Source: a plasmid
Sequence record: NZ_CP041325.1
Direction: 5' to 3' (one strand)
Length of the DNA stretch: 64,000 nucleotides
Part shown: positions 48,747-59,831 of the stretch, in pieces
How the letters are laid out: every line of letters starts with the position of its first letter
How positions within the stretch are numbered: position 1 is the stretch's first letter
The notes under the pieces: model-generated
Told to the model about the DNA's origin: nothing
The model's database searches: none
The model's input: only the letters and a program-made list of their open reading frames with translations
Translations under genes and position numbers: made by a program

Positions 48747-49194
48747 TTAAAACATGGGCTTGCAACAGACCGTTGACTTGGCCATGGCTTGGTTCAGCAA
48801 CTGCATCGATTGCAAGACAATTTCGCGTTCGAATTCATTCAAGTGCGAGAAAATCTCGTCCAGATGCGTCTCGATGCCTTCTTGGATCACCGTGGCCGCG
48901 AATTTCCCTTCGGTTGTCAGTTGCAGGACATAGATGCGTTTATCGAGCTTCCGACGGTGACTTCGTCACCAGGTTCATTTTAATAAGCGTCTGGATCTGG
49001 CGGCTGAACGTGGACAAATCGGTTGCCAGGGCGTCTGCTACTTCCTGCATCGAAGGCGTTTGCCGTTTGTCGATTTCGTACAGTATGTGGCTTTGCACCA
49101 AGCTGATTTCCATGTCTCCGACCATGCAGCAGTTCTTATTCAACAATCCGAACCGCTTAACCATGCTTTGAAACAATTCTCGTTTGTTTTCCAT
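48747..49194 (-). CDS. MarR-family transcriptional regulator, one frameshift ~48945
   Basis: ...TPSMQEVADALATDLSTFSRQIQTL... wHTH. Confidence 0.65.
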
Positions 49195-49223
49195 GTTCAA
49201 CACCTCATCCATAGCATACAAAT

Positions 49224-49246
49224 AATACTTGCATTTTGCAAGTATT
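49224..49246. promoter_or_regulatory. perfect 10-3-10 palindrome AATACTTGCA-TTT-TGCAAGTATT (putative MarR operator)
   Basis: Lies between divergent marR and GNAT genes. An imperfect second copy is at 48714-48738. Confidence 0.55.
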
Positions 49247-49293
49247 TTCTCTATCCTTTTAAATACAACAAGGAAATTGAGAGGAGTTGGACT

Positions 49294-49794
49294 ATGCACC
49301 GCATCATCCGAACATTCGAAACAGCGGATTGGCCAGCCGTGAAACGGATTTACGAAGCCGGACTGGCCACCGGTTTGGCTTCGTTTGAAACTGAAGCACC
49401 TTCTTATGAAAAGTGGGCCGACCAAACCGATTCAGCGTGTCGTTTGGTACTGGAAGAAGGGCAACAAATCATTGGCTGGTGTAAAGTGTCGGCTGTTTCA
49501 AGCCGCCAAGTATACAAAGGGGTCGGAGAAGTCAGTGTCTACGTTGATCCGGCCCACAAAGGCAAAGGAATCGGAATGGCCTTATTGCAGGCATTAATCT
49601 GCGCTTCCGAAGCACAAGGCTTTTGGACATTACAAGCCAGCATCTTTCCAGAGAATCACGCCAGCTTGCAGCTCCATCTGAAGAACGGTTTTCGGAAGTC
49701 GGCCGCCGGGAACGCATCGGCCAACGCGCTGGCGTATGGCGAGACACGATTCTCCTGGAAAGAAGAAGCCAAGTGAATGGATGGGCATAAAAAA
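49294..49794 (+). CDS. GNAT acetyltransferase (phosphinothricin/YwnH-like), one frameshift ~49703
   Basis: VYVDPAHKGKGIGMALLQALI motif A. Confidence 0.65.
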
Positions 49795-49820
49795 AAGAGC
49801 TCACCCATGAGCTCTTTTTC
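49788..49820. terminator. bidirectional terminator
   Basis: AAAAAAAGAGCTCA-ccc-ATGAGCTCTTTTT. Confidence 0.65.
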
Positions 49821-49822
49821 AT

Positions 49823-50101
49823 CTAGCACCCGGTTGGTGCGCCAATCATGACCAGACCGGCTTGTTCTCCCTGTTCCTCGAAATCCAAGGTCAGGTTGTC
49901 TGCGATTTCTTTTGCTTCCGGGGCAACCGCCATCCGGATGCCGTTAACGTCCAGTACATCGTCTTTCGCTTCCGGCGCATCCAGCGACATGCCGATCTGC
50001 GGTCCACAGCAGCCAGCGACGGCGTGAATCCGCAGCCCTTCCGCTTTTTGCTCGTCCAGGATGGACTGGATGTATTGTTTGGCTTCATTGGTGATCATCA
50101 T
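49823..50101 (-). CDS. HesB/IscA-like family protein (ars-associated)
   Basis: GLRIHAVAGCCGPQIGMSLD and C-terminal ...GC, the IscA-like cysteine pattern. Confidence 0.5.
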   Translation of the reverse strand: MMITNEAKQYIQSILDEQKAEGLRIHAVAGCCGPQIGMSLDAPEAKDDVLDVNGIRMAVAPEAKEIADNLTLDFEEQGEQAGLVMIGAPTGC

Positions 50102-50150
50102 GGGTAAAATCTCTCCTTTTGGGTTTACGTTTTATTTATTCTAGCACTCT

Positions 50151-50579
50151 TCAGGCATCGGGGAAAATCCGCTGAAGGGACTCTTTCAACGCCGGTTTCA
50201 CGTTGATTTTCTGGCGGGCGGACGTGGCCTGGGCTTCCGCTTCTGCGATGCTGTCCGCCTTACCAAGGGATAACAGTGTGCCGATGGCCACCGTGCCGGT
50301 GCGATTGCTGCCGCCTGCGCAGTGGAAATAGATTTTTTTGCCGTCGTTGTAGGCGTCGACTACTTGATCGATCGCTTTCTTGACCGATTCATCCTGCTGG
50401 TCGTTGGAATCGTCCACAATGGGGCTGTGGACCCGGAGGTATTCGTACTCGCCTTCGGTCACTTCTGCACGCAAATCTACCACTAGGTCAATCTGTTCCG
50501 TGTCGACTGCGTCTTTGGCATCCGCTGCGCCGCCAATAAAAATGCGGTCCTTGACCAATTCCTGATAATTTTTGCTCAT
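50151..50579 (-). CDS. dual-specificity/Cdc25-like protein tyrosine phosphatase family protein (HCX5R)
   Basis: HCAGGSNRTG active site. Confidence 0.65.
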   Translation of the reverse strand: MSKNYQELVKDRIFIGGAADAKDAVDTEQIDLVVDLRAEVTEGEYEYLRVHSPIVDDSNDQQDESVKKAIDQVVDAYNDGKKIYFHCAGGSNRTGTVAIGTLLSLGKADSIAEAEAQATSARQKINVKPALKESLQRIFPDA

Positions 50580-50645
50580 GGTGTTTCCGCCTTCCGTGTT
50601 TTTGTCCTGTCATTTTGAAAATGAGGATTTCTTTGCCGGTCACCC

Positions 50646-52419
50646 TTACAAGATAAATTCTTTCAATTGGGTATAGCCGATTTTTTCCTCCTGCAACCAA
50701 GGGATTACGGCGCACTTGGCAGCCAGCTCTTCGTTCACTTTCGTGATCCATTTCTTCTCGGAACTCGCCCGGCCGCGCAAAACCGGGTCCGTCGTTTCCG
50801 TGGCGTACAAGCTTTGGTTGATGACCCACCATTTCGGCGCAATCTGCGCGCGCTTCAAGTCCTCTTGCAGCCGTGCCGCTTCGAGTACAGGCGTTGCTTC
50901 TGCCAGCGTCACGATGACCACACCGGTTTTCTTGTGGATTGCGCAAACGCGGCAACAGCTTCTTCACGTTCTCCGGCACGTCCCCGGTCGAACGGCTCAT
51001 TTCCTTGTGATACGCTTCCGTCGAATCCAACAGCAACAGTGTATGGCCGGTCGGGGCCGTATCGATGACGACAATTTCGTTCTCCGATTTCTCCACCACC
51101 GCCGCAAACGCTTGGAACAAGGCGATTTCTTCTGTACACGGCGATTCCAGGTCTTCCTGCAGGTAGGCCAACTCTTCGTCGCTCAGGCCGTTCCCGGCAT
51201 TCGCAAGAACCGTCTGTTTGTAGCGTTCGACTTCAATTTGGGGATTGATGCTGCTGATGGACAGATTATCTCGTGTTTCGCTGCCTGCAAAGGTATAGGC
51301 CAGATGGGCCGCCAGATCGGTGGTGGTCAAATGGACGCGATGCCCTTTTTCAGACAAGCCCACCGCAATGGCTGATGCAATCGACGTTTTGCCGCCGCCG
51401 CCTTTGCCCATCGTGAAGATGACCCGGGTATTTTTTTCCGAGAAATCTTCAATCACTTGGTTCAAGCCCGGAAGGGCCAGCGCTTCTTCGGTTGTGTCTT
51501 CCACTTCGAATGTCGTCATGGCATACGAGCTGAACAGGTGACGCAAGTTCTCCACGCCCGTCAGGGAATACGAAACGAACGGCAGCGCATACGTCATGAC
51601 CTGTTTCAAGGCTTCCGGTGTTTCCTGCAACGCTTGTCGCTGGCGGCTGTAGAACGCGGTCGAAACCGCATCTTCCGGCTGATGTGTCTGCAAGAGACCA
51701 TTCACGATCAGCAATTGGTTCCGAATGCCGATTTCCTTCAGTTCGCCTGATGCCCGGTCAGCTTCCAACAACGATGAATTGTCGGAACGCGCAATCAATA
51801 ACAACGTCGTCTTTTCCCGGTCGGAAAGCGAAGCGACCGCTTTGGCGTACATCTCTTTCTTGCCTTCCAATCCCGCCAGTGGCCCCAAACACGAAGCGCC
51901 ATGCGTACTTTCCTCCAGGAAGCCACTCCAAGCCGTCGGCAACTGCAACAGCCGTAACGTATGACCGGTCGGTGCCGTATCGAACAGGACATGATCAAAC
52001 TGGTCCAAGATGGTTTCATCCGCCAACAGATGCGAGAATTCGTCAAAGGCGGCGATTTCTACCGTACAGGCACCGGACAATTGCTCTTCCATGGTCGCGA
52101 GTACTGCATCCGGCAACTTGCCACGGTACGGGCCAACCACGTTTTCCTTGTAAGCGCGCGCTGATTCTTCCGGATCGATGTTGCACGCAGAGAGATTCGG
52201 AACACCCGGAATCGCCATCGGCTCATTCGTCAGGGCCACTTCCAGCACGTCCTGCAGATTGGAAGCCGGGTCGGTGCTGACCAGCAGCACACTTTTCCCT
52301 TGATCAGCCAAAGCGACCGCCGTGGCACAAGCCGTCGAGGTCTTGCCAACCCCGCCTTTTCCGGTGAAAAACAGGAACGGCGTCAGTGGCATGTTTTTTG
52401 GATTGAATAGCGAATACAT
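50646..52419 (-). CDS. arsA: arsenite-stimulated ATPase ArsA (two halves), one frameshift ~50925
   Basis: FFTGKGGVGKTS and FTMGKGGGGKTS P-loops. DTAPTGHTLRLL x2. RBS AAAGGAG. Confidence 0.85.
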
Positions 52420-52432
52420 AGAATGTGCTCCT

Positions 52433-52792
52433 TTACTTGCCAAAATTGACGGACACGCGTACCCGTGGCTTTTCCTGCAAGTCAGCTGGCGTGGTGTCGA
52501 ACCACTCCGCCAACTCTTCGTTGGTTGGATATGCCGCCACTTTTACGATTTCCCCATCGACCAGGACCACCGGAAGGGCTTCCGGTCCTTTTTCTACCAA
52601 TACTTGGTTGACGATTTCATTTTCAACAAAGGCACCGGGGTCACTCGTCAGGTTATAACGCGCAATCGTGAAGCCTTTCTTTTCAAGGGAATAGACTGCT
52701 GACGCGATTCTGGTTAAGTCCGGGTCTACCACGGGACCGCAGACACCGGTGGAACAGCACATCGCCGGATCGTAAATTTCGACTTTTTTCAT
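52433..52792 (-). CDS. arsD: arsenic metallochaperone/repressor ArsD
   Basis: IYDPAMCCSTGVCG. Confidence 0.8.
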   Translation of the reverse strand: MKKVEIYDPAMCCSTGVCGPVVDPDLTRIASAVYSLEKKGFTIARYNLTSDPGAFVENEIVNQVLVEKGPEALPVVLVDGEIVKVAAYPTNEELAEWFDTTPADLQEKPRVRVSVNFGK

Positions 52793-52877
52793 GATGGTTT
52801 CTCCTCCATTACGAGATTAGAATAGACGCATGTAGCACTGAGAAAGAAAGCCGTGATACCCGATCACGGCTCTTTGA

Positions 52878-53297
52878 TTACTTGCCTGTTTCTGCGAATT
52901 CTCGGATACGGGCACCGATTTCATCACGGACGTTCTGGAAGACCGCCCATTTCTCCTCATCGGTTCCTTCCGCTTTCGCCGGATCTACAAATCCCCACTG
53001 ATCGCGCTTCACGTGAGGCGGCGTCATCGGGCATTTGTCCGCGGCATCGCCACATAATGTCACGACAAAGTCTGCATTGTTCAGAATGTCCAGGTCAATA
53101 ATGTCTGAAGTCTGATTCGAAATGTCGATATCCACTTCGTTCATCGCTTTTACCGCATTCGGGTTCAGCCCGTGTGCTTCGATGCCAGCGCTCAATACCT
53201 GCCACTCGTCTCCAAGGATTTCTTTCCCCCACCCTTCCGCCATTTGGCTGCGGCATGAGTTTCCTGTGCAGAGGAAATACAATGTTTTTTTCGTCAT
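52878..53297 (-). CDS. arsC: thioredoxin-coupled arsenate reductase ArsC (LMW-PTP family)
   Basis: [14 protein letters not shown]. Confidence 0.85.
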   Translation of the reverse strand: MTKKTLYFLCTGNSCRSQMAEGWGKEILGDEWQVLSAGIEAHGLNPNAVKAMNEVDIDISNQTSDIIDLDILNNADFVVTLCGDAADKCPMTPPHVKRDQWGFVDPAKAEGTDEEKWAVFQNVRDEIGARIREFAETGK

Positions 53298-53330
53298 AAT
53301 GATAAACTCCTTTTGGATAAATAGATTTTT

Positions 53331-54629
53331 TTAGAGAATCAATAACCACAAATACAATCCGATGAGGGTTGCGAGAAGCGTCGGAATCGTCAAGATGATG
53401 CCGACCTTGAAATACGTTCCCCATGAGATTTTCACCCCTTTTAAGGATAGGACGTGCAGCCACAATAGCGTAGCGAGCGACCCGATTGGGGTGATTTTCG
53501 GACCCAAATCCGATCCGATGATGTTCGCATAAATGAGTGCTTCCCGGATGGTTCCGGTTGTCTGCGTCTCAGATATAGCGAGCGCATTGATCATCACCGT
53601 CGGCATGTTGTTCATCACCGACGACAGGATAGCCGCAATGAAGCCCATCGAAATCGTGGCGACAAACAAGCCTTGCTCCGCCGCCACCTGAATGACATCT
53701 GCCAACACGCCAGTCAAGCCGACATTCCGCAGTCCGTAGACCACGACGTACATGCCGAGTGAGAAGAAGACGATGTTCCACGGCGCGCCGCGTAAAATGA
53801 TGCGCGTCCGGACCGCTGGGCTTTTTTGTGCCATCAATAAAAAGAAGATGGCAATGATGCCGGCCACGATGGAGACTGGGACCCCCAAAAAGTCACTGGA
53901 GAAATACCCGATCAGCAACGCCGCCAAGACAAACCACGACAGGCGGAACATCTTGTGGTCCTTGATGGCGTCGTTCGGCTTTTTCAAATTCGCCACTTCG
54001 TAGTTTTTTTGGAATGTCTTTCCGGAAAAACAAATACAGCACCAAAATACTGGCCACTAACGCAAACAGGTTCGGGACAATCATCCGGGAGGCGTATTCC
54101 GCAAACCCGATGCCGAAAAAAGTCGGCCGAGACGATGTTCACTAAGTTACTGACAACTAACGGCAACGAGGTCGTATCCGCAATAAACCCGCTGGCCATG
54201 ATGAACGGAAAAATCATCTTTTCCGAGAAATTCAAATTCCGGACCATCGCCAAGACGATTGGCGTCAAAATTAAGGCTGCCCCATCGTTCGCAAACAACG
54301 CCGCCACAAAGGCACCGAGTATGCTGACAAAGACAAACATGCGCAAGCCGTTCCCTTTGGCGATTCGCGCCATGTGAAGCGCTGCCCATTCGAAGAAGCC
54401 GATTTCGTCCAAAAATCAATGAAATGATGATGATGGCGATAAAGGCCAGTGTGGCATTCCACACAATTCCAAATACATCTGCTACATCTTGAAAATCAAC
54501 GACTCCAACCAACAAAGCAAGTACTGCCCCGCCAATAGCCGACCAGCCAATCGATAGATTGCGTGGCTGCCAGATGACGAGTACCAGGGTGAGGAGGAAG
54601 ATGACCGATGCTAAAATTCCTTGTACCAT
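53331..54629 (-). CDS. arsB: arsenite efflux pump ArsB (ArsB/NhaD family), about 2-3 frameshifts
   Basis: [22 protein letters not shown]..., [28 protein letters not shown]. Confidence 0.8.
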
Positions 54630-54642
54630 TTAGTTCCCTCCA

Positions 54643-55005
54643 TTATTCACAACTGATTCGCAGTCCTTGTTTCTCCAATTCCTTCATTCGCTCATCCTGA
54701 CTCGGAATAACCTCCAGAATATGCAAGACCATGTCGTACAGTTCGCTGTTTTTGTTCAATGAATAGAAAATCCATTGGCCTTTCCGGTTTTCTTTCACCA
54801 ATCCGACATCGCGGAGTTTCCGCAAATGCTGGCTGATGGCTGACTGGCTGATGTTGAAGATGGCCACAAATTCGCAGACGCAGCACTCGTTCTTCTCCAA
54901 GAGCTTCATCATCGCAAGCCGCGTCTTGTCTCCAAGTAATTTAAGGACAATACTGGCTTTCTCGATTTCAATTTCCTTCGCTTTCACTTCCATCTGTTTT
55001 TTCAC
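54643..55005 (-). CDS. arsR: ArsR arsenic-responsive repressor
   Basis: ECCVCEFVAIFNISQSAISQHLRKL. Confidence 0.85.
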   Translation of the reverse strand: MKKQMEVKAKEIEIEKASIVLKLLGDKTRLAMMKLLEKNECCVCEFVAIFNISQSAISQHLRKLRDVGLVKENRKGQWIFYSLNKNSELYDMVLHILEVIPSQDERMKELEKQGLRISCE

Positions 55006-55160
55006 CTCATTCTACGGGTTGTATCGTTTTTCGATTAAGTAGGATTTCTTTCGTTACCTGTTTGTAATCCAATAACAGCATATCAGCATATACTTATATG
55101 TTCAAGTCTCTATTTGTAATTGTGTTTCATCCTTTCACTGACAATATGATTACGGGAATA

Positions 55161-55200
55161 AAAAAAGAAAGACGGAGGATTAAGCAGCCGTCTTTCTTTT
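55161..55200. terminator. terminator between the ACR3/BASS-like gene and arsR
   Basis: AAAGAAAGACGG-loop-CCGTCTTTCTTTTTG. Confidence 0.65.
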
Positions 55201-55213
55201 TGTATATTTACTA

Positions 55214-56164
55214 TTAAGCTGTTTTTCTTTTAAGGAGCAATAGTTGAGATGCGATGGCCAATATAGGCAATTCAATCAGCGGGCCAATGACCAAGGCTAA
55301 CGCAATCAACGGCTGATCCGGAAAAGCGATGACCGCAATGGCCAACGAAACGGGCGAATTGCGGGCGATAATCGTCAGGCTTAAGCTCACCGTATCTTCA
55401 TAGGAAAATTTCAGCGCTTTTCCCACCGATTGCGCCCCGATAAAGTTGATGCCAAAGAACAGCAAAACCGGCAGCAGCAAGATGGAAATGACTTCAAGGT
55501 TGTCGAGCAGGTACTTCCCTTGCGAAGCAAACATCGCCAGGATCGCCAGGGACAAAAAGAAAATCTGTGCCGTAGCGAAAAAAGGCACGAGTTTCTCATT
55601 CAAGAAGGCCCCCCTCTTCCGCAAGGCATAGCGCGTCACATGCGCCAGGGTGAATGGAATGACCAGCACCAGGACAATGCTTTCACCGATGGTCGCCAAC
55701 GGGATCGGTTCAATTGTGCCGGCGAAAATGAATAGGTAGACCGGCAGCAGCACGACCTGCAGAATCAAATTAATCGGCAAAACGGACGTGGACAAGGGGA
55801 CATTCCCTTTGGCAATGGACGTGAACATCAAGTACCAGTCGGTACAAGGCGTCACCATCAGCATGATAAACCCAATCCACAAGGCTGGATGGTCCGCAAG
55901 GAAAACTGCCCCCAGTCCCCATGCCACCAAAGGCGTCCAGACAAAATTGATAAGGATGCTGGCATTCAAGAACTTGCGATTTTTAAAAGCATTTTTCAAG
56001 TGCTGCAAGGGAATGTTGAGAAAGAGTCCATAGAGCATCAGCAACAAAAATGGCACGATGAAAGATCCAGCGTGTTGTTCAAAAAAGGGGATTTGACCGA
56101 ATAAAAGACCAATCCCCACTGCGGTTAAAATAATGACGGTTTGAAATTTCTCGAATGTGTTCAT
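55214..56164 (-). CDS. ACR3/BASS-family membrane transporter (arsenic-resistance-protein-like)
   Basis: 316 aa, ~10 TM. NFVWTPLVAWGL resembles the ACR3/BASS core. Confidence 0.45.
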   Translation of the reverse strand: MNTFEKFQTVIILTAVGIGLLFGQIPFFEQHAGSFIVPFLLLMLYGLFLNIPLQHLKNAFKNRKFLNASILINFVWTPLVAWGLGAVFLADHPALWIGFIMLMVTPCTDWYLMFTSIAKGNVPLSTSVLPINLILQVVLLPVYLFIFAGTIEPIPLATIGESIVLVLVIPFTLAHVTRYALRKRGAFLNEKLVPFFATAQIFFLSLAILAMFASQGKYLLDNLEVISILLLPVLLFFGINFIGAQSVGKALKFSYEDTVSLSLTIIARNSPVSLAIAVIAFPDQPLIALALVIGPLIELPILAIASQLLLLKRKTA

Positions 56165-56603
56165 GATGACACTCCTTGTATAATAGAGAGAAAGTGCGCG
56201 CGACCGACTCTTCTCTATTAGGATAACGGAAGTGGCATTCGATTACTTTGTTAATCTTGACTTTGAATCCGAACGGAGGAAAAAATCTTAAAAAGCCATC
56301 AGTGGGAAGCAATTTCCAGCCATGACCATAGCTATCACGGGGAATTCTGTTACGCCCTCTCCACTACCAAAATATACTCTGGCCTTCTAGCCCTTCCCTT
56401 ACCCACAACTCCCAAAATGTAGAAGATTTTTTCCAGGGGAGAAGAGACCGCTGGTTTCCGTTAAGCAAATTGGCCACCAGCACAAGTGCTTCATCGAAGC
56501 GATCGGTGTCAGTGGAATTCCGTCAGTTGCGGCTGCGTCACCTGCCGCAAAAACAAACGGATTATGTGGAGTTTTGGTAAATCTCCAATGAATCTCTCCC
56601 TTT

Positions 56604-58244
56604 TTAACCGGCGCAGCAAGACAGTTGGGAAACATCCTTGTCGAACGTTAGCGCAGCCAGTTTCATCCCTTCCGCCATGGTCAGATACGGCGCGAGGGTT
56701 TCGTTAAGGTTTTCAATCGTCAATCCGAACTTCACAGCAAGTGTTACCGCATAGATAACATCCCCAGCATTTTCCGCTACGATATGCCCGCCCAGCAGCT
56801 GGCGTGTTTTTGCGTCCGCCACCAGTTTGAATACCCCAGTCGTTTCCCGGTTCACTTGCGCTCGCGGAACAGCCTCCAATGGCAGGACGGAAGTAATGAC
56901 GTCATAGCCGTTTTCTTTCGCCTGTTGCTCCGACAAACCAACCGTGGCAACCGCCGGTGCTGTAAACGTTACGCCCGGCACGACGGCTAAATCCAGTTTT
57001 TCACTCCGTCCACCGACCGCATTTCCTGCTGCCACTCGCCCTTGATAAGCCGCCACATAAACAAACTGGGGACCGAGCGTCACATCGCCCGCTGCATAGA
57101 TCCGTTCATTGGTGGTCTTGGCATAGTCATCAATCCGAATTTCCCCAAAGCGCCCTGTTTCAACACCCGCCGCCTGCAGATTCAAGCTTTCCGTATTGGG
57201 CTTTCGGCCAGCTGCAATCAGCAATTGATCGGATTCGATGATCCGCTTCTGGCCATCCACCTCGACATAAACTTTTTTCACCTCTCCGACCTGTTCAATC
57301 CGCTCATAAGAGGCACCGGTCACTAACCGAATGCCTTGCTCGGTCAACGCTTTCGTGAGGGCTTCCGAGATTTCCGGATCATATTCCTTAAACAAACGCG
57401 AACTTCTTTGCATCAGCGTGACTTCGGATCCGAGGTGGTGAAATAGCTGACCCAATTCCACACCAGTATAGCCGGAACCGATGACCGTCAAGCGTTTCGG
57501 CACTTTCTTTAGCTCCAATAAAGCTGTGCTGGTCAAGTAATCCACTTCTTCCAGTCCGGAAATGACTGGCACAGCAGGAGCCGCCCCCGTTGCAATCAGA
57601 AATCGTTTGGCAGATAGCTTCATGCCATCCACTTCAATGGTATGTTCATCTATAAACCTGGCTTCCCCTTTGATCAACTCAAAACCGTAGTCATCAATCA
57701 AATCGACATATTTCTTGTTCCGGAGATCCGTCACCAATTCCTCTTTCTGTTTGACCAGCTGAGCCAAATCCACTTCATCCGCAGAGGTGTGCAGTCCGAT
57801 AAACGGGTTATTCCTGGCCAAGTGATTGATTTCTCCCGCCCGCAACAAGGTTTTGGAAGGAACACAGCCAATGTTCACACAGGTACCGCCTACCGTTCCC
57901 CGTTCAATCATCGCCACTTTTGCCCCATGTTTCACAGCTTCGATGGCGGAAGAAAAGGCAGCTCCCCCCGAACCGATGATGATGTAGTCATACTCACCTT
58001 CTTCATCCGGGTGGGGTGCTTCTGGGGTTTGGACTTCTTCCGCTTCCCCCGGCTGATACTTGGCTTCAGCAATTGCTTTTTTTGCCGTTTCAACTGCCAT
58101 GTCTTCCGGCAGTGCAAACACGGCTTTTCCTTTTAGGAAGTCCGCTTGAATCTCTTTTGCGCCAATTCCGTCGAGCGCGACTGCAATGTGTTCTTCGCAT
58201 CCTGCGCAAGTCATCCCTTGAACATCTATTCGATAATTTTTCAT
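56604..58244 (-). CDS. merA: mercuric reductase MerA with N-terminal HMA domain
   Basis: [23 protein letters not shown] redox disulfide. C-terminal CC. Confidence 0.9.
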   Translation of the reverse strand: MKNYRIDVQGMTCAGCEEHIAVALDGIGAKEIQADFLKGKAVFALPEDMAVETAKKAIAEAKYQPGEAEEVQTPEAPHPDEEGEYDYIIIGSGGAAFSSAIEAVKHGAKVAMIERGTVGGTCVNIGCVPSKTLLRAGEINHLARNNPFIGLHTSADEVDLAQLVKQKEELVTDLRNKKYVDLIDDYGFELIKGEARFIDEHTIEVDGMKLSAKRFLIATGAAPAVPVISGLEEVDYLTSTALLELKKVPKRLTVIGSGYTGVELGQLFHHLGSEVTLMQRSSRLFKEYDPEISEALTKALTEQGIRLVTGASYERIEQVGEVKKVYVEVDGQKRIIESDQLLIAAGRKPNTESLNLQAAGVETGRFGEIRIDDYAKTTNERIYAAGDVTLGPQFVYVAAYQGRVAAGNAVGGRSEKLDLAVVPGVTFTAPAVATVGLSEQQAKENGYDVITSVLPLEAVPRAQVNRETTGVFKLVADAKTRQLLGGHIVAENAGDVIYAVTLAVKFGLTIENLNETLAPYLTMAEGMKLAALTFDKDVSQLSCCAG

Positions 58245-58247
58245 GTT

Positions 58248-58649
58248 CTACTCCTCCTCCATCAATACATCAATTATCGGGCATTCATGCAGTTCTTTTT
58301 CATTTGGACACCGGTCTTTCAACTCGCTCAGCATCCGTTCCGCACGCTTTAGATCCTCAATCTGCTTTCGGACTTCCACTTCTTTTTTGGAAACAAAATC
58401 GAACATATCTTCACAGCGTACATCGTCTTTGTCGACCACCCCTAACAACTTGTAAATCTCATTTAACGAAAATCCCAGTTCCTGCAGTCGCCGGATAAAT
58501 CCTACTCGTTTGACCGTTTCCTCTGAATAAATCCGATACCCCGAATTATTCCGGATCGGTTCTTGTAATAGCTCTTTTCGTTCATAGTATCGAATGGTTT
58601 CCTTATTCACTTCACATAGGGTTGCAAGTTCACTGATTCGATAGCTCAA
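58248..58649 (-). CDS. merR: MerR mercury-responsive regulator
   Basis: N-terminal HTH ISELATLCEVNKETIRYYE. Cys at C, ...C, and HECP. Confidence 0.85.
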   Translation of the reverse strand: MSYRISELATLCEVNKETIRYYERKELLQEPIRNNSGYRIYSEETVKRVGFIRRLQELGFSLNEIYKLLGVVDKDDVRCEDMFDFVSKKEVEVRKQIEDLKRAERMLSELKDRCPNEKELHECPIIDVLMEEE

Positions 58650-58667
58650 TTTTCTTCACCTCTGAAA

Positions 58668-58699
58668 AGTATAAACCATGTACTTAGGTACATGGTCAA
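58668..58699 (-). promoter_or_regulatory. mer promoter/operator: -35 TTGACC, perfect dyad ACCATGTAC-TTAG-GTACATGGT inside a ~20-bp spacer, -10 TATACT
   Basis: Classic MerR-type long-spacer promoter immediately upstream of merR. Confidence 0.7.
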
Positions 58700-58783
58700 A
58701 CATCTACACTTCAATACTTTCTTTCTATATATAAAATTTCAAGTTACTAAAACTAGATTTAAAATAGTCGTTTATTAAAATAA

Positions 58784-58813
58784 AGCGTTCGTAAAAGTAC
58801 ACTTTTACGAACG
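58784..58813. promoter_or_regulatory. res-like palindrome CGTTCGTAAAAGT-AC-ACTTTTACGAACG (inverted copy of the res core at 10888-10919)
   Basis: Arms identical to the resolvase-adjacent site. Central dinucleotide AC vs GT. Confidence 0.6.
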
Positions 58814-59119
58814 AAAAAAAGTAACGGCGCTACTATCTCTTTAATTTACTGAAGAAAATCTATTGGTTGAAATTAAAAGACTCTCCACTTTGGGGAGAGT
58901 CTTTGAAATTTCACTTTGCTTTGAGAACTTTATCAATTTCTTGTTCCAATATTTCTAGTTCCTTTACTCTTTCGTTTAACTGCTTCTCAAACTGAATCCC
59001 TACATACATCTTTTTCTTCATCTTTTTTGAGGTGATTGATTTTTTCTTGAATGGTTTTCACGATACTCATAGCAGATAGCTCCTTTTTATTTATTTTTGG
59101 AACTAGATGAAAACTACGT

Positions 59120-59485
59120 TTAATTACCCCAAAAGCGAAGTTTCATTGTCTGCAATACAGCATTGTTGGTTTCATCACCATAACTGAAATCCAAGCTAAC
59201 CTCATTGCCGCTAAACAAACTGAGTCCGACTTCTACTAGTTTTCGGGTAGATCCGGTCAATCCTTCATGTGTGGGGATCAGCTTTTCTTTGTTCTCGCTG
59301 TAGTCCGTCAATAAAGCCAATGGACCTCCTCCCGAATGAATCTCCGCTTTATCTATCAATCTATAGATATCTGGAATACTGGCAATATAAAGGTTCGCCC
59401 GGTATTGAGGGTCCGTCCCCTTTCTTTCGAAAAAGGTGACAAGACTGGAGAAATTGGCTTCGTGTTCATCGTCCATGAAATACAT
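59120..59485 (-). CDS. hypothetical protein (121 aa)
   Basis: Intact ORF. Confidence 0.3.
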   Translation of the reverse strand: MYFMDDEHEANFSSLVTFFERKGTDPQYRANLYIASIPDIYRLIDKAEIHSGGGPLALLTDYSENKEKLIPTHEGLTGSTRKLVEVGLSLFSGNEVSLDFSYGDETNNAVLQTMKLRFWGN

Positions 59486-59831
59486 ATAATTTCCTTTCTG
59501 TATTCAAGGTCACGCAAGTAGCATAGAGAAAAGGGTTTTGTCTTCCAGTAGGTATTCTGGAGGCAAACAAATTTGAATGCGAGCGGGAAACCAGGGGGTT
59601 CCCACTCACTTATTCAAATCCTTCTTTTTGACAGTCTGCTAGCAAGATTCATCACCTAAAACACTCTGCATTATAATCTTTATTATATAGTAAGATGACC
59701 TCCTGTTGACTCTAATAAATTGAGTTAGCTGTTGCTAAAGTTTACGGCTCTTTTTTTATAAAAGTGGCGGGCCTTTTTGTTTTTTTTCATAAAGAGCCGG
59801 TTTTTCGATACGGTATATCCAATTCTGTTTT

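Noticed and set aside
50716-52280. Long + strand ORFs (219 and 220 aa) inside the arsA region
   Set aside because: Arg/Pro/Gly-rich, no domain, antisense to the strongly conserved ArsA frame. Typical spurious ORFs in GC-rich coding DNA.
57642-58498. Plus-strand ORFs of 164/160 aa
   Set aside because: Antisense to merA/merR.
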